A program made the translations under genes and the position numbers. Shown here piece after piece: positions 19,401 to 29,100 of a DNA stretch of 64,000 bases (its first letter is position 1; every line of letters starts with the position of its first letter). This DNA is from a virus. The notes below the pieces were generated by a model. That model saw only the letters and a program-made list of their open reading frames with translations. It was not told the origin of the DNA and ran no database searches. The DNA lies in IMG/VR virus record IMGVR_UViG_3300046171_000155. One strand, given 5' to 3'.

Positions 19401-22322
19401 GATCTCTGTTAGTGAATCTAGTGCAGCACCATCTTCGTTAGAAACGATGAAGTCAACACGACCTTCTAGAGTTGTTAGGTCTGTACGGATACCAGTTTCG
19501 ACACCAGTAGCACGTAAAACTTCTGCGTCTAACTGGTTCTGTAGGTCTGTAACATCACCTGCTTGTAGGCTTTGTAGAGCAAGGATATCAGAATCGTTTG
19601 CAGTAACCTGCGCCTGTACACTATCTACATCTGTGCGTAGACCAGATTCGATACCTTCAGCACGTGTCTTTTCTGCATCGATGTTAGACTGTAGGACGCC
19701 TTCAGCGGCAGTCGCACGGTTAACTTCAGCAGTGATCTGTGCTTGGTTATCATTGTGATCAGATGCCTGTAGGATCTGAAGTGCAAGGATGTCTGAATCG
19801 TTTGCAGTGATCTGTGATTGGTTCGCATCAATATCGGTACGTAGACCAGCTTCAACACCTGTCGCACGAGTAGTTTCAGCCGCAATCGCGTCTGCGTTAA
19901 CTACTTCAGCAGCAGTAGCACGAATAACTTCTGCGTCCAACTGAGCTTGTAGATCATCAACATCGTTACCTACTAAGTTTTGTAGAGCAGCGATATCTGA
20001 ATCGTTTGCAGTAATTTGTGCTTGGTTAGAATCAACGTCTGTACGTAGACCCGCTTCAACACCAGATGCACGAACAACTTCTGCAAGAATTGCAGCGTTT
20101 AGATCGGAATCTGCTTCGTTGAAGTCTGCTTCTACTGTATCTAAACGGTTGCTTAGACCTAGTTCAGCAGCAAGTGCACGAGTGCGTTCGATTGTGATAT
20201 CACCAGCATTAATCGAGATGTTTGAGATGTTAGTGTTGACTTGAGTCTGTAGACCTTGTTCAACACTTGTTGCGCGATTACGCTCTGTAACAACTGCGTC
20301 AGCGTTAACGCCCTCTGCAGTTGATGCACGGTTAACTTCCGCAGTGATCTGTGCTTGTAGATCATCAACATCGATTGTAGTGTTTGCATTCAATGCATCC
20401 AACTGACCCTGTAGGTCCGAATCTTTAGTAGCACGAGCAACTTCTTCTGCGCGTAGATCGATTTCGTTTTGAGCAGCAAGTGCTTCAACATCATCCATCT
20501 CGTCTTCTAGTACAGTAGTACGTAGAGACAGTGCAGTGTCAGCAGCGATACGAGCAGCTTCTTCAGCAGAAACGATTGTGTTAGCGTGAGCGATTGATTG
20601 TGACTTAGCAGTTGCGATACGGTCAGTGACAGTATTACCACCAGTTCCGTTTACAGTTGCGTCACCGATTAGAGCAGCGTCTTGTGCATCAGCGTGTGCG
20701 ATTGCAACAGCTTGATGTGCATCTGCTTCTTGATCTGTGTATGCCTTTGCTTCAGCAAGTACATCTTCTGTAGAAACATCAAGATCTAGTTCTAGTTGAT
20801 CAATCTGAGACTGTAGACTTGCGTCGGCAGCTGAACGAGTTGACGCTTCTGTATCGATATTGCTCTGTAGAGTAGTATCTGCAGACGAACGAGCGTTTGC
20901 TTCGTTTGTAATCGCAGTCGTGTTAGATGCGATAAGAGCAGACATATCTGAGTCAGCAGACTGGAACGCACCAACGATTTCTGTTAGTGAATCAAGAGCG
21001 GCTGGATCAGTGTTTGATGTGATGAAGTCAACTTGTGATTGTAGACCTGCTTCAACGCCTTCAGCACGTGCTTTCTCAGTAGCAACTTCTGCTGAGTTTG
21101 CAACATCACCAGCAAGACGATCAATGATTTCTTGATCAACGCGAGCGTTTAGATCTGAGTCAGCTGCAATACGAGCAGCGTTCTCGATAGCAACATTATT
21201 ACTTGATTCAGTGATTGCTTCTGCTTTTGCAGTTGCGATACGATCTGTGACAGTGTTGTTTGTCGAACCGTCAACAGTTGCATCACCGATCATTAGTGCG
21301 TCTTGTGCTTCAGCGTGTGCCTTAGCAGCATTTTCTGCAGTAACGATATCTGCGCCTAGGTCAGTACGGACTTGGTTGTCAGCAACTGCACGAGCAGCGA
21401 TTTCGTCTTGGATGCTCTGTGCGTTTGCTTGTTCTGCAAGACCTGCACGAGTAACTTCGTCAGTGATCTGAGTTTGTAGAGATGACTCAACACCAGTTGC
21501 ACGAGAGATCTCAGCAGCAAGGTCTGATTGTAGTTGATCTACATTACCTTCTTCTGTTGTCATTCGTGCTGCTAGTGCGTTGTCAGCAGCGATACGAGCA
21601 GTTTCTTCTACGCCGATTAGACCAGCAAGTGAAGATTCTGCAGATTGTGCGCGAGAGATCTCTGTAGTTACACGATCATCGATTGCTTGTTCAGCATTAG
21701 TTGCACGAGTAACTTCGTTAGAGATTGCAGTACTGTTTGCAATGATTGAACCAGAAAGTACATCATCTGCGTCTTCGAATGCTTCGATGATTTCTGCGAA
21801 CGAATCAAGCGAGTCTGAATCAGTGTTGTTTAGTACTAGATCGATACGAGCAGATAGTGCCGCGTCTGCTGATTGATATGCAGCTTCGATTGCGTTTTCA
21901 CGTAGAACCGCACGTGTATTCTCTGCGTCGATATTTGATTGTAGTATAATATCAGCAGCAGAACGAGTAGATGCTTCTGTGTCGATATTAGACTGTAGTA
22001 GTGATTCTGCAGCTAGTGCACGATTTGTCTCTACTAATACATCAGCATCAATCTGTGCCGCAACGTCTGCGTTCGCACGAGATGGTGTGTAGTAAAGGTT
22101 ATCGCCTTCTGCTAGATCATCTGTTGAGAATGAAGAGAAGAATGCGTCTGCACCAATCTTTTTCAGTGAGTCTGTACCTACGTCATATAGTAGGGTGAAA
22201 CACTGAGACGGGTCTAACATACCCGTTAGGGTTGATTGTCCCTGTACCGCACTTTCGTCAAGTTTGGTATTGATTACCGCCTTGTCCGCTAATGCTGGGG
22301 ATTTAATCTGCCTAAATGCCAT
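16410..22322 (-). CDS. Very long coiled-coil fibre protein (1970 aa)
   Basis: Extensive AExxRAxxAE and LExRxxxxE heptads; four ALDSLTEIVxAFQxAD-like motifs; C-terminal beta domains (VFVGGVIQDP..Y, YRSAKYIV) of the kind seen in marine T4-like virion proteins. Confidence 0.7.
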   Translation of the reverse strand: MAFRQIKSPALADKAVINTKLDESAVQGQSTLTGMLDPSQCFTLLYDVGTDSLKKIGADAFFSSFSTDDLAEGDNLYYTPSRANADVAAQIDADVLVETNRALAAESLLQSNIDTEASTRSAADIILQSNIDAENTRAVLRENAIEAAYQSADAALSARIDLVLNNTDSDSLDSFAEIIEAFEDADDVLSGSIIANSTAISNEVTRATNAEQAIDDRVTTEISRAQSAESSLAGLIGVEETARIAADNALAARMTTEEGNVDQLQSDLAAEISRATGVESSLQTQITDEVTRAGLAEQANAQSIQDEIAARAVADNQVRTDLGADIVTAENAAKAHAEAQDALMIGDATVDGSTNNTVTDRIATAKAEAITESSNNVAIENAARIAADSDLNARVDQEIIDRLAGDVANSAEVATEKARAEGVEAGLQSQVDFITSNTDPAALDSLTEIVGAFQSADSDMSALIASNTTAITNEANARSSADTTLQSNIDTEASTRSAADASLQSQIDQLELDLDVSTEDVLAEAKAYTDQEADAHQAVAIAHADAQDAALIGDATVNGTGGNTVTDRIATAKSQSIAHANTIVSAEEAARIAADTALSLRTTVLEDEMDDVEALAAQNEIDLRAEEVARATKDSDLQGQLDALNANTTIDVDDLQAQITAEVNRASTAEGVNADAVVTERNRATSVEQGLQTQVNTNISNISINAGDITIERTRALAAELGLSNRLDTVEADFNEADSDLNAAILAEVVRASGVEAGLRTDVDSNQAQITANDSDIAALQNLVGNDVDDLQAQLDAEVIRATAAEVVNADAIAAETTRATGVEAGLRTDIDANQSQITANDSDILALQILQASDHNDNQAQITAEVNRATAAEGVLQSNIDAEKTRAEGIESGLRTDVDSVQAQVTANDSDILALQSLQAGDVTDLQNQLDAEVLRATGVETGIRTDLTTLEGRVDFIVSNEDGAALDSLTEIVTAFQDADSDLQGVIDANGGRLTTLESEMDAVEVRATDLEAKDVAHTNRLNGLDSDQLVQNGRLSGVEGRATALETKQGSALLHTTATNVSDAINELHAELDGEAADLTALENRVTTEEGHVDELQADMDAVEARATALEGRATVNEGDIDDLETKVGTATLATVATDLSAAVNELHAELDIEVGDLTALEGRVTTAEGEIDTLQSEMDAVEGRATSLEGRMTTEEGHVDTLQSQMGTSTLATVATNVTAAVNELHTQADSNTGRISTLETEMDSIEGRGDSLESRMDAVETKNTAQDGRLTVNEGDIDALETKLGTGVFQTTAQTITGAVNEVHGEVDAVEARMTAAESRADADSDALVQEIADRTAADTQIRIDLAADRTTDQTDYIARDAVVLASAQTYAENEADDAEVAAKTYADGIVANEATLRENADDVLDGKITAEANARAAADNALDSRTTVLETEMSATQLGAGLATDGTYVTPTTTNYLNASTSLADAAAKLDAAIKAVDNSHNGNKGNLQSQIDAEVAFRASEDSDIRASLAAEVARATAAEVANGVLITTNAQSIVDESTRAQGVEASLQSQIDFVVSNTDSAALDSLTEIVAALQSGDGDLLSLIQTNQTDIATNASGLAQEIIDRAAQGAAIRGEFATADANLQTQIDARVKKSGDSMSGNLDMSGNKVEGVANGTVATDAVNKGQLDAGLAAQHISQFTTDDVAEGDNQYFTTERARASVSLTDVEGAGKASYNASTGVISIDTAKTLLELADVTDSEYDGKNGYVLRVNNTLDGMSLQDPTQLAFNNAQRQTMAGDGAQTTFALNFYTQDQNAIVFVGGVIQDPGTHYSIDAVNQQITFNSAIPVGTQAVVIAQSTNSVGVLDPKSVGLETLADNIKVFEQGNDIIAGTSATVVSAFNKGTYRSAKYIVTVENGGEFETRECLVVHDGTNASIVEYGIVFTGSSLLGDTDVQVNGSSVELLYTAESAGAVVSVSVTYVDA

Positions 22323-22384
22323 TAGGTTATCTCCTAAGTTAGTGTTATTGGATTTGAGGATATAATTAAACGTTTAATAATATA

Positions 22385-22746
22385 CTAACGAAATTTGATA
22401 TAGATGTCCGTTCCTTGCGGAGGGATCTCAAAAAACTGTATAGTATTACCGATGGTTTCATAGACTTCTTCAGGATGCTGAAGAACATCATTCACCCACA
22501 CATCAATTAAGTCATCACGAACTGGGGTACCATTCAGAGTAAAGAGTGCTGTATCTCCTGGAGCGATAAACGCTTGTGCTTCAGGAATAATAGTATCTTT
22601 ATTAGTTGATGAAGAGGTGCCTTCGATAAGATCAAATATCTGGGTTTCTTGACCTGGAGTTGCAGAGACTTCGATCCTTGCTTTTGTTTGGCCAAGTTAA
22701 AAAGACTTTCGGCAAGTACCCTATTGAAGGACTTATTATTGATCAT
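22385..22746 (-). CDS. Small virion structural protein (apparent indel near 22675)
   Basis: After the frameshift it reads ...GDTALFTLNGTPVRDDLIDVWVNDVLQHPEEVYETIGNTIQFFEIPPQGTDIYIKFR*, the same domain type as the fibre C-terminus. Confidence 0.6.
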
Positions 22747-22782
22747 ATCTCGGAATACTAAGAGTGGTTAATATACTGTTTT

Positions 22783-22790
22783 TATTTATA
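22783..22790 (-). promoter_or_regulatory. Late promoter TATAAATA
   Basis: Exact consensus, intergenic. Confidence 0.75.
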
Positions 22791-22825
22791 TCAAAAACAA
22801 GTTTAACCAATAAGTTATTTTTTTA

Positions 22826-23705
22826 TTACTGCCTGAACTGTAGTAGTTCCTGCAATAACTCCGTAACTTCTTGTAGGTCACTATCTAGATTATTAATTCT
22901 AGTATGTAATGCATCTACTTCAATTTGTGTGGCGACACTTTGTCCATTCAATGTATAGTTACCTAGAAGCTGTACTCCCGCGTCATCCATGATAAGTTTG
23001 TCATCATTCTGGTGTTGTATCTTGAACTGACTATCATTGAAACCTAAATGTTTAATAATAGTGTCAGTACCATTATGATAAAAACGAGTTTCTTCGTTGG
23101 TGCCTACAATAAAGGCAAAGTGGTCATCTATGATGAGGTCGTTTCCAAAAGAAACGCCAGTAGAATTGTAGGCGGCAACTTGTACAACTTGTTCTGCGTC
23201 TACAATGTGTGTTAAGGGAGATAGTACTCCCGTCATTCGCAACGTAATCTATTCCTTGATGGAGTAAGACACCGTTCAAATATACTTGAATTCTTGACGG
23301 ACTGTTTGGGTCTGGGTCATACTGCAATACGTTCCCAGCGTCGTCTGATCCCGCTATAACCTCTAATGTTCCGTCAGAGGTATAAATGTATGCGTTAAAT
23401 GTAGTTGTCGCAGAGAGACTCTCTTCTCCTACAGCGCCAATCTCTACAATCGTTTGAATACCGCCGTCATACTCTCGTTTAATATAGAGTTTGCCGTCCT
23501 GAGTATTTATACCAATCTCGCCCAGTTTTAACTCTTCAATACTGGGTATATCACCAAGACCGTCAAATGTTTTAATATTTGCCCCAATATTCTGAACTAC
23601 ATTACTAATAGGACGACCGACAGTAACTCGCTTGACTTTAGTTCCAGACCCGAATCCACTGATAGAGGATACACCTGTAACTCCACCGATTCTACGTATA
23701 GGCAT
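22826..23705 (-). CDS. Virion structural protein (one gene split by an apparent indel near 23215)
   Basis: LKLGEIGINTQDGKLYIK (fibre N-terminal motif) and IQVYLNGVLL...DY domain; the two overlapping ORFs read continuously across one shift. Confidence 0.6.
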
Positions 23706-23709
23706 GTCG

Positions 23710-24060
23710 TTACCTCGTTACAGAAGGGTTGACTTTTATCTTACCTTCTAGTATTCTTTCTATGATAGTATGTCCGTCTTCATCAACGAAACTGATTTCA
23801 ACATCATAGACATATCTACCACGAGTGGATAGTGTATCGGTTTGTAGGTTTGTTAGGGATATTGTGACGATTCCCTCTAAAGAGGGAGTGGGTATTACAG
23901 CAGTAAAGTCAACTGACTCTGCACTTCTGTAGGTCTTTTTCATTTTAGCTGCAGCAGAGTAACCAGTGAGATCTTTCTTTGATCCATCTGGGTTCACTAA
24001 CTCTATCTGTAGAGCTAGGTCCGCACCCTGATCAATTGTGAAATCTTCGTAAGTTGCCAT
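23710..24060 (-). CDS. Small virion adaptor protein (BppU-N-like beta fold)
   Basis: MATYEDFTIDQGAD...DLTGYSAAAKMKK...GRYVYDVEI...RILEGKIKVNPSVT; a conserved marine T4-like structural family. Confidence 0.7.
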   Translation of the reverse strand: MATYEDFTIDQGADLALQIELVNPDGSKKDLTGYSAAAKMKKTYRSAESVDFTAVIPTPSLEGIVTISLTNLQTDTLSTRGRYVYDVEISFVDEDGHTIIERILEGKIKVNPSVTR

Positions 24061-24072
24061 TCTGCTCAAACC

Positions 24073-24112
24073 CTGAGTGTTATAAACTTCTGTTTCTATT
24101 TATAACACTCAG
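24073..24112 (-). promoter_or_regulatory. Late promoter TATAAATA (24097-24104) overlapping a 14-bp perfect inverted repeat
   Basis: CTGAGTGTTATAAA at 24073-24086 and TTTATAACACTCAG at 24099-24112. Confidence 0.75.
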
Positions 24113-24128
24113 ATACTTGAGAATATAA

Positions 24129-24836
24129 TTATTCTGCAGAGATATCTTCTAGAACCATCTCACGGAAAGAATCAGACGCATCTGACCAATCGAAGATGTA
24201 AGATACTGTTACACGCCATGAGTCTTCAGAAGAAGCTGCGTGGTAAAGTACTTTATCTGGTTCGCCATACGGACCAAAGTAAGCAGCTTTACAAGTCCAC
24301 TTACCTACTTCGTCTTGACAACGAACAACTTCTTTTGTCTCTGGGTGAACATACTCGAAGTAACCGTCACCACCTTCTGAATAAGAGAAGATTAGGTTAT
24401 ATCCTGGCGCATTAGCGTTGTTGTGCCATGAGATAAATCCGCCTGGAGGGTAGATTGCGCACAGTGCATTATGCTTAGTGGATAAAAAATTCATCATACG
24501 GTCGTTTAGGTCACCTAGCTGGTGTGTTAGGTCTCTTTTGAAGATTGGATCTGCGCCCTCAGAGAAGATTTTGTGGTTCTTATCTGCAGTCTTTAAATTG
24601 TATCCTACCATCTCATCTGGAAATCCTTCGTGATTGATACCTTCACGTACGATTTCATCTTTATAACCATGACCAACGTAGTAAGGACGTTGACGCATAG
24701 CTTGAGCAGATGTCAAATGGCAGTTTTCTTCAAAGCCCTGCAATGTATGCACTTTGGCATATTCGTTTAGAATCTCAAGCAGTTCTGGGTTATTAACTGG
24801 AACATGCTTAAGATATTGGTCATTTACCTGTGTCAT
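24129..24836 (-). CDS. 2OG-Fe(II) oxygenase-like / cupin-fold protein
   Basis: IYPPGGFISWHNN...LYHAA...RVTVSY matches the YxxGxxxxxHxD...H...RxS pattern, but with HxN. Confidence 0.6.
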   Translation of the reverse strand: MTQVNDQYLKHVPVNNPELLEILNEYAKVHTLQGFEENCHLTSAQAMRQRPYYVGHGYKDEIVREGINHEGFPDEMVGYNLKTADKNHKIFSEGADPIFKRDLTHQLGDLNDRMMNFLSTKHNALCAIYPPGGFISWHNNANAPGYNLIFSYSEGGDGYFEYVHPETKEVVRCQDEVGKWTCKAAYFGPYGEPDKVLYHAASSEDSWRVTVSYIFDWSDASDSFREMVLEDISAE

Positions 24837-25570
24837 AAGATTGGTGTATCCTTATTTAAACCTGCAGAGAAGTGACGAATAATCACTGGTCCTGTTTCAG
24901 GTTTTGTGATCGCCCAGTTAAGAGCGTTATAATAGTTCCATCTCAAGTCGTCATCAAAGATACCGACTTTGAGATCCTTATACTTTTCTTCTTTCTCGGT
25001 CAACCACCAGAGTGAGAACTGATCCCAAGATTTGAGACTGTCTGCATACCCTTCTGGCCACCAAGAGTCATTCATTTGTCTGAATGTCAAGTCCCACCAA
25101 TCATCCATGAACTCACGTACAATCGGTTTGGACATATCATATAAACATACTGCTCCACACAATACAAACTTTGATACACCTTCCGGAGTGTCAAAGTCAC
25201 GTTCTGCATATATGTAGTCACGGTCATCTGTCAAAGCAGTAAAGACCACATCATGGTCCTTCATTTCATCCCATACTTTGACGATGTCTTCATGCTCTAC
25301 TTCCATATCAGCATCAATATACATCGTTAGGTCATACGGCGATTTCGCCATACCCCATAACTTAGCGCGGTAGTGATCGTCACATAAGAGAATATCGTCT
25401 GCGACATCTCGACCACGGTCATCAAGGAATCGTTCCTCAGTCACCAAACAGATCTTGCATTCCTCTTCTGGTTCATAGTAGTCCCGAAGAGACTCTGCAA
25501 GATTGATTGCGTACAAATAAAAGTTGCGTTTCTTAGACGCAACAATAATAAAACCTTTACTCTTTTCCAT
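24833..25570 (-). CDS. Glycosyltransferase (GT-A fold, GT8-like / nucleotide-diphospho-sugar transferase)
   Basis: KL.GM..SPYDLTMYIDADM (DxD), GAV.LY, DQFSL, RWNY, VIIRHF. Confidence 0.75.
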   Translation of the reverse strand: MEKSKGFIIVASKKRNFYLYAINLAESLRDYYEPEEECKICLVTEERFLDDRGRDVADDILLCDDHYRAKLWGMAKSPYDLTMYIDADMEVEHEDIVKVWDEMKDHDVVFTALTDDRDYIYAERDFDTPEGVSKFVLCGAVCLYDMSKPIVREFMDDWWDLTFRQMNDSWWPEGYADSLKSWDQFSLWWLTEKEEKYKDLKVGIFDDDLRWNYYNALNWAITKPETGPVIIRHFSAGLNKDTPIL

Positions 25571-26018
25571 CTGTCTCGGCCTCTAGTTGTTCTTGCAGAA
25601 TCATAATTGAGTACATATCTACTTCAATCTTTGACTTTGCCCGACGCAGTTTAGCCTTCAACTTGCGGTTCTTAGAGTTCTTAATCTCTTCAACCTCAAA
25701 CGCTTCTAGTTTGTAGTTGAACAGTTTTTCTAGTTTACGTGCCTTTTGGTGTTCTAAGTCACGTTGTTTTTCTTCTTCAGCTTCTGCCTTCTTACGAACA
25801 ACACGATCTTCAGTTTCTTTATTAATCGATTCTTCGCCTAGAGCATCAACTACTTCATTAAACAGTTCGTTCTCACTACCATCTTTGTTGTGACGTAATA
25901 AAAACATTTGCTGTCGTGTAACACGACCCACATCATCTTCAAGTTCTAAAATACAGTTGAGTTCTTTTTTCTCTTCTGTTTCCCAGAACGCATTATCCAT
26001 CCATTGCTTACGACTCAT
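25557..26018 (-). CDS. Hypothetical charged, partly coiled-coil protein
   Basis: 153-aa ORF with a GGAG ribosome-binding site; overlaps the glycosyltransferase start. Confidence 0.6.
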   Translation of the reverse strand: MSRKQWMDNAFWETEEKKELNCILELEDDVGRVTRQQMFLLRHNKDGSENELFNEVVDALGEESINKETEDRVVRKKAEAEEEKQRDLEHQKARKLEKLFNYKLEAFEVEEIKNSKNRKLKAKLRRAKSKIEVDMYSIMILQEQLEAETDGKE

Positions 26019-26062
26019 TCATATCTCCAAAGAGTTCATTAAATTATAATCTATATATGTCA

Positions 26063-26089
26063 AAAATAGTGGGGCATTTCTGCCCCACT
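26063..26089 (-). terminator. Hairpin terminator after the 1513-aa repeat protein
   Basis: AGTGGGGCA-GAAA-TGCCCCACT followed by ATTTTT. Confidence 0.75.
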
Positions 26090-26108
26090 TTCATTTCTAT
26101 TCGCGTTA

Positions 26109-29100
26109 TTATGCAACCCTTGCGTATAGAGTATACGTCTCGACCACATTAGTTAGTGAGTCAGAGATTGTTGCACCTACGTAGTTACCTAGGAACGATC
26201 GTGCGTAGTTACCTACGAAGTCACGGTTATAGTTTCCTTCGAATCCACGAGTATAGTTACCAGTGAAGTCACCTACGTATGTTGAAACACGATTACGTGA
26301 GTAAGCACCTGAGTAAGCAGATGTTCTGATACGTGCGTATGCAGATACGCGGACACGAGAGTAGTTACCTACAAAGTCACGAGAGTAAGTACCAGTGTAC
26401 TCACCTACGAAACCACGGTTGTAGTTACCTACATAGTTCCCTGCGAAGTCACGCGAGTAAGCACCTGTGTATTCACCAACGAATCCACGAGCATAGTTAC
26501 CTACATAATCACCAGCAAATCCGCGAGTGTATGCACCAGTGTATTCACCAGCGAATCCACGTGAGTAAGCACCTGTGTACTCACCTACGAAACCACGGTT
26601 ATAGTTTCCTACGAAGTCTCCGACAAAGTCACGAGCATATGCACCAGTGTACTCACCTGCAAACGTTCTTGCGTAGTTACCTACGAAGTCGCCGGCAAAT
26701 TGACGTGTGTACTGACCTGAGAAAGTACGCGCATAGTTACCAGTGAATGTTGTGTTATACGTACCAGCATATTCACCAACGAAACCTCTTGCGTAGTTAC
26801 CAGTATAGTCACCAGCGAAGTTACGGTTGTAAGTGCCAGAGTAAGCACCAGTGTACTCACCTACGAATCCACGAGAGTAAGCACCAGTGTACTGACCAGA
26901 GAATCCACGAGAGTAGTTACCCACATAGTTTCCACCGAAGTTACGTGCATAGTTACCTACATAGTTACCAGCGAAGTCCCCAACGAAATCACCGACGAAG
27001 TTGCCAGCGAAGTTGCGTGAGTAGTTGCCAGTAAATGTGCGAGAATAGTTACCAGTAAAGTCACCTGCAAAGTTAGTCACACGATCACGAGTGTATGCAG
27101 AAGAACGGTTGCGGACATATGCAGATACACGAGTTCGTGCGTATGCAGAGTAACGAGTGCGTGTTGATGTGCGAGTGTACTCACCAGTAAAGTTACCAGC
27201 AAAGTCACCTGCGAATCCACGCGCGTAGTTACCAACAAAGTCACCGACAAAGTCGCGAGCATAGTTGCCGCTGAAGTTACCTTCGAAGTTAGTTACACGA
27301 TCACGAGTAAAGTCACCAACATAGTTGGTTACACGAGTACGAGCATATGCTATTAGCATAGGTTGCGGTGAAAAGACCTGAGTCCTGTTACGAGTGTATT
27401 CGCCTACGAAGTCGCCTGCATAGGACCCAGTACGTGTGTAGTTACCAGTATTCGTGTATACTGCAGTGCGGTCACGAGTGAATGCACGAGCGTAGTTACC
27501 AGTGTAGTACAATGTACGAGTGTAGTAACCAGTGTTTGTAGAAGTACGTGTAGAAGTACGCGCATAGTTACCTGTATAAGATGCAGCGCGTGTACGAGAG
27601 TAGTTACCCACAAAGTTACCAGCGTAGTTAGTTACACGAGTACGACCGTAGTTACCAGTATAGTTACCTGCGCGAGTACGACCGTAGTTACCTACGAAGT
27701 TTCCAGTATAACCAGTTGCACGAGTTCGTGTGTATGCAGATGCACGATTACGCGTAAAGTTACGCGAGTAAGCGCCTGAGAAGTACTGGGTTCTCGTATA
27801 TGCAGATGCACGATTACGCGTAAAGTTACGCGAGTAAGCGCCTGAGTAGTACTGGTTTCTCGTATAGTTACCTGTATAGTTGCCAGCGTAAGAAAAATTA
27901 TTGTTATAAGAGAACGCATTTTGGGTAATTGAATAAAACACCTGTTGTCCAAGAGCGCTCTGATATGTACCACGCGACCAACTCATTCCGTTACTATTCG
28001 ATAGTGTTGATGCACCTGCGGTACCGATTGCTCTACTAAATCCGTTCCAATAAGCAAAAGCCATATAAGATTCATAATCAATTTCCCAATAAGTGCTATA
28101 TGCAACATATGTTGGTCCCTGTGCAGCCACACTTACTGTTGAGGTTCTAGTAGATGTTCGAGTGGAAGTTCTCGTAAAGGTTCCTACGCGACTATAATCT
28201 CCACCGTATGCACGTGAGTAGTTACCAGCAAAGTTGCGTGAATAAGATGCTGTGCGACTATAATCTCCACCGTATGCGCGTGAATAGTTGCCTGTAAAGT
28301 TACGTGAATAGTTACCTGCGAAGTTTCCAGTATAACCAGTTGCACGAGTTCGAGAATAGTTACCTGCATATGAGAATGCGCGGTTACGTGAGTAGTTACC
28401 AGCGAAGTTGCCTTCAAAGTTAGTAACGCGATCACGAGAGTAGTTACCTACATATGATGCAGCACGGTTACGAGTATAGTTACCTACGAAGTCACCTGCG
28501 TAGTATAGAGTACGAGTATATGATGGCGTAGTTGCATATGCGGCAGAATAGTTACGAGCATAGTTGCCTACGAAGTTACCAGTGTAGTACAATGTACGCG
28601 TATAGTTCAATGTACGAGTTGAAGTACGTGTTGAAGTACGCGCATAGTTACCAGTAAAGTCACCAGTGTAGTTGCCAGCATAGTTACGAGCATAGTTTCC
28701 TACGAAATCGCCAGTAAATGTAGTTGCATAGTTACCTACAAAGTTTCCGGCATAGTTAGTAACACGTAGTCGGGTAAAGTTGCCGACATAGTTAGTAACG
28801 CGTGTACGAGCATAAGCACTGTAACGAGTACGAGTAGATGTACGAGTTGAAACACGAGCATAGTTACCGACATAGTTGCCAGCAAAACCACGTGAGTAGT
28901 TACCTACAAAGTTACGTGCATAGTTGCCTTGGAAAGAACGCGAGTAGTTTCCTACGAAGTTACCAGCAAAGTTGGTTACACGGTTACGAGTATATGTTGA
29001 TACACGTGCACGAGAATAAACACCAGCAAAGTTGGTTACACGATCACGAGTGTAGTTAGTTACACGGGTGCGTGTGTAATCTGCAGAGTATGCAGAGACG

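Noticed and set aside
23504-23511. TATAAATA inside the 22826-23705 gene
   Set aside because: It lies within coding sequence (G-I-N-T) with no nearby downstream start codon, so it is probably incidental.
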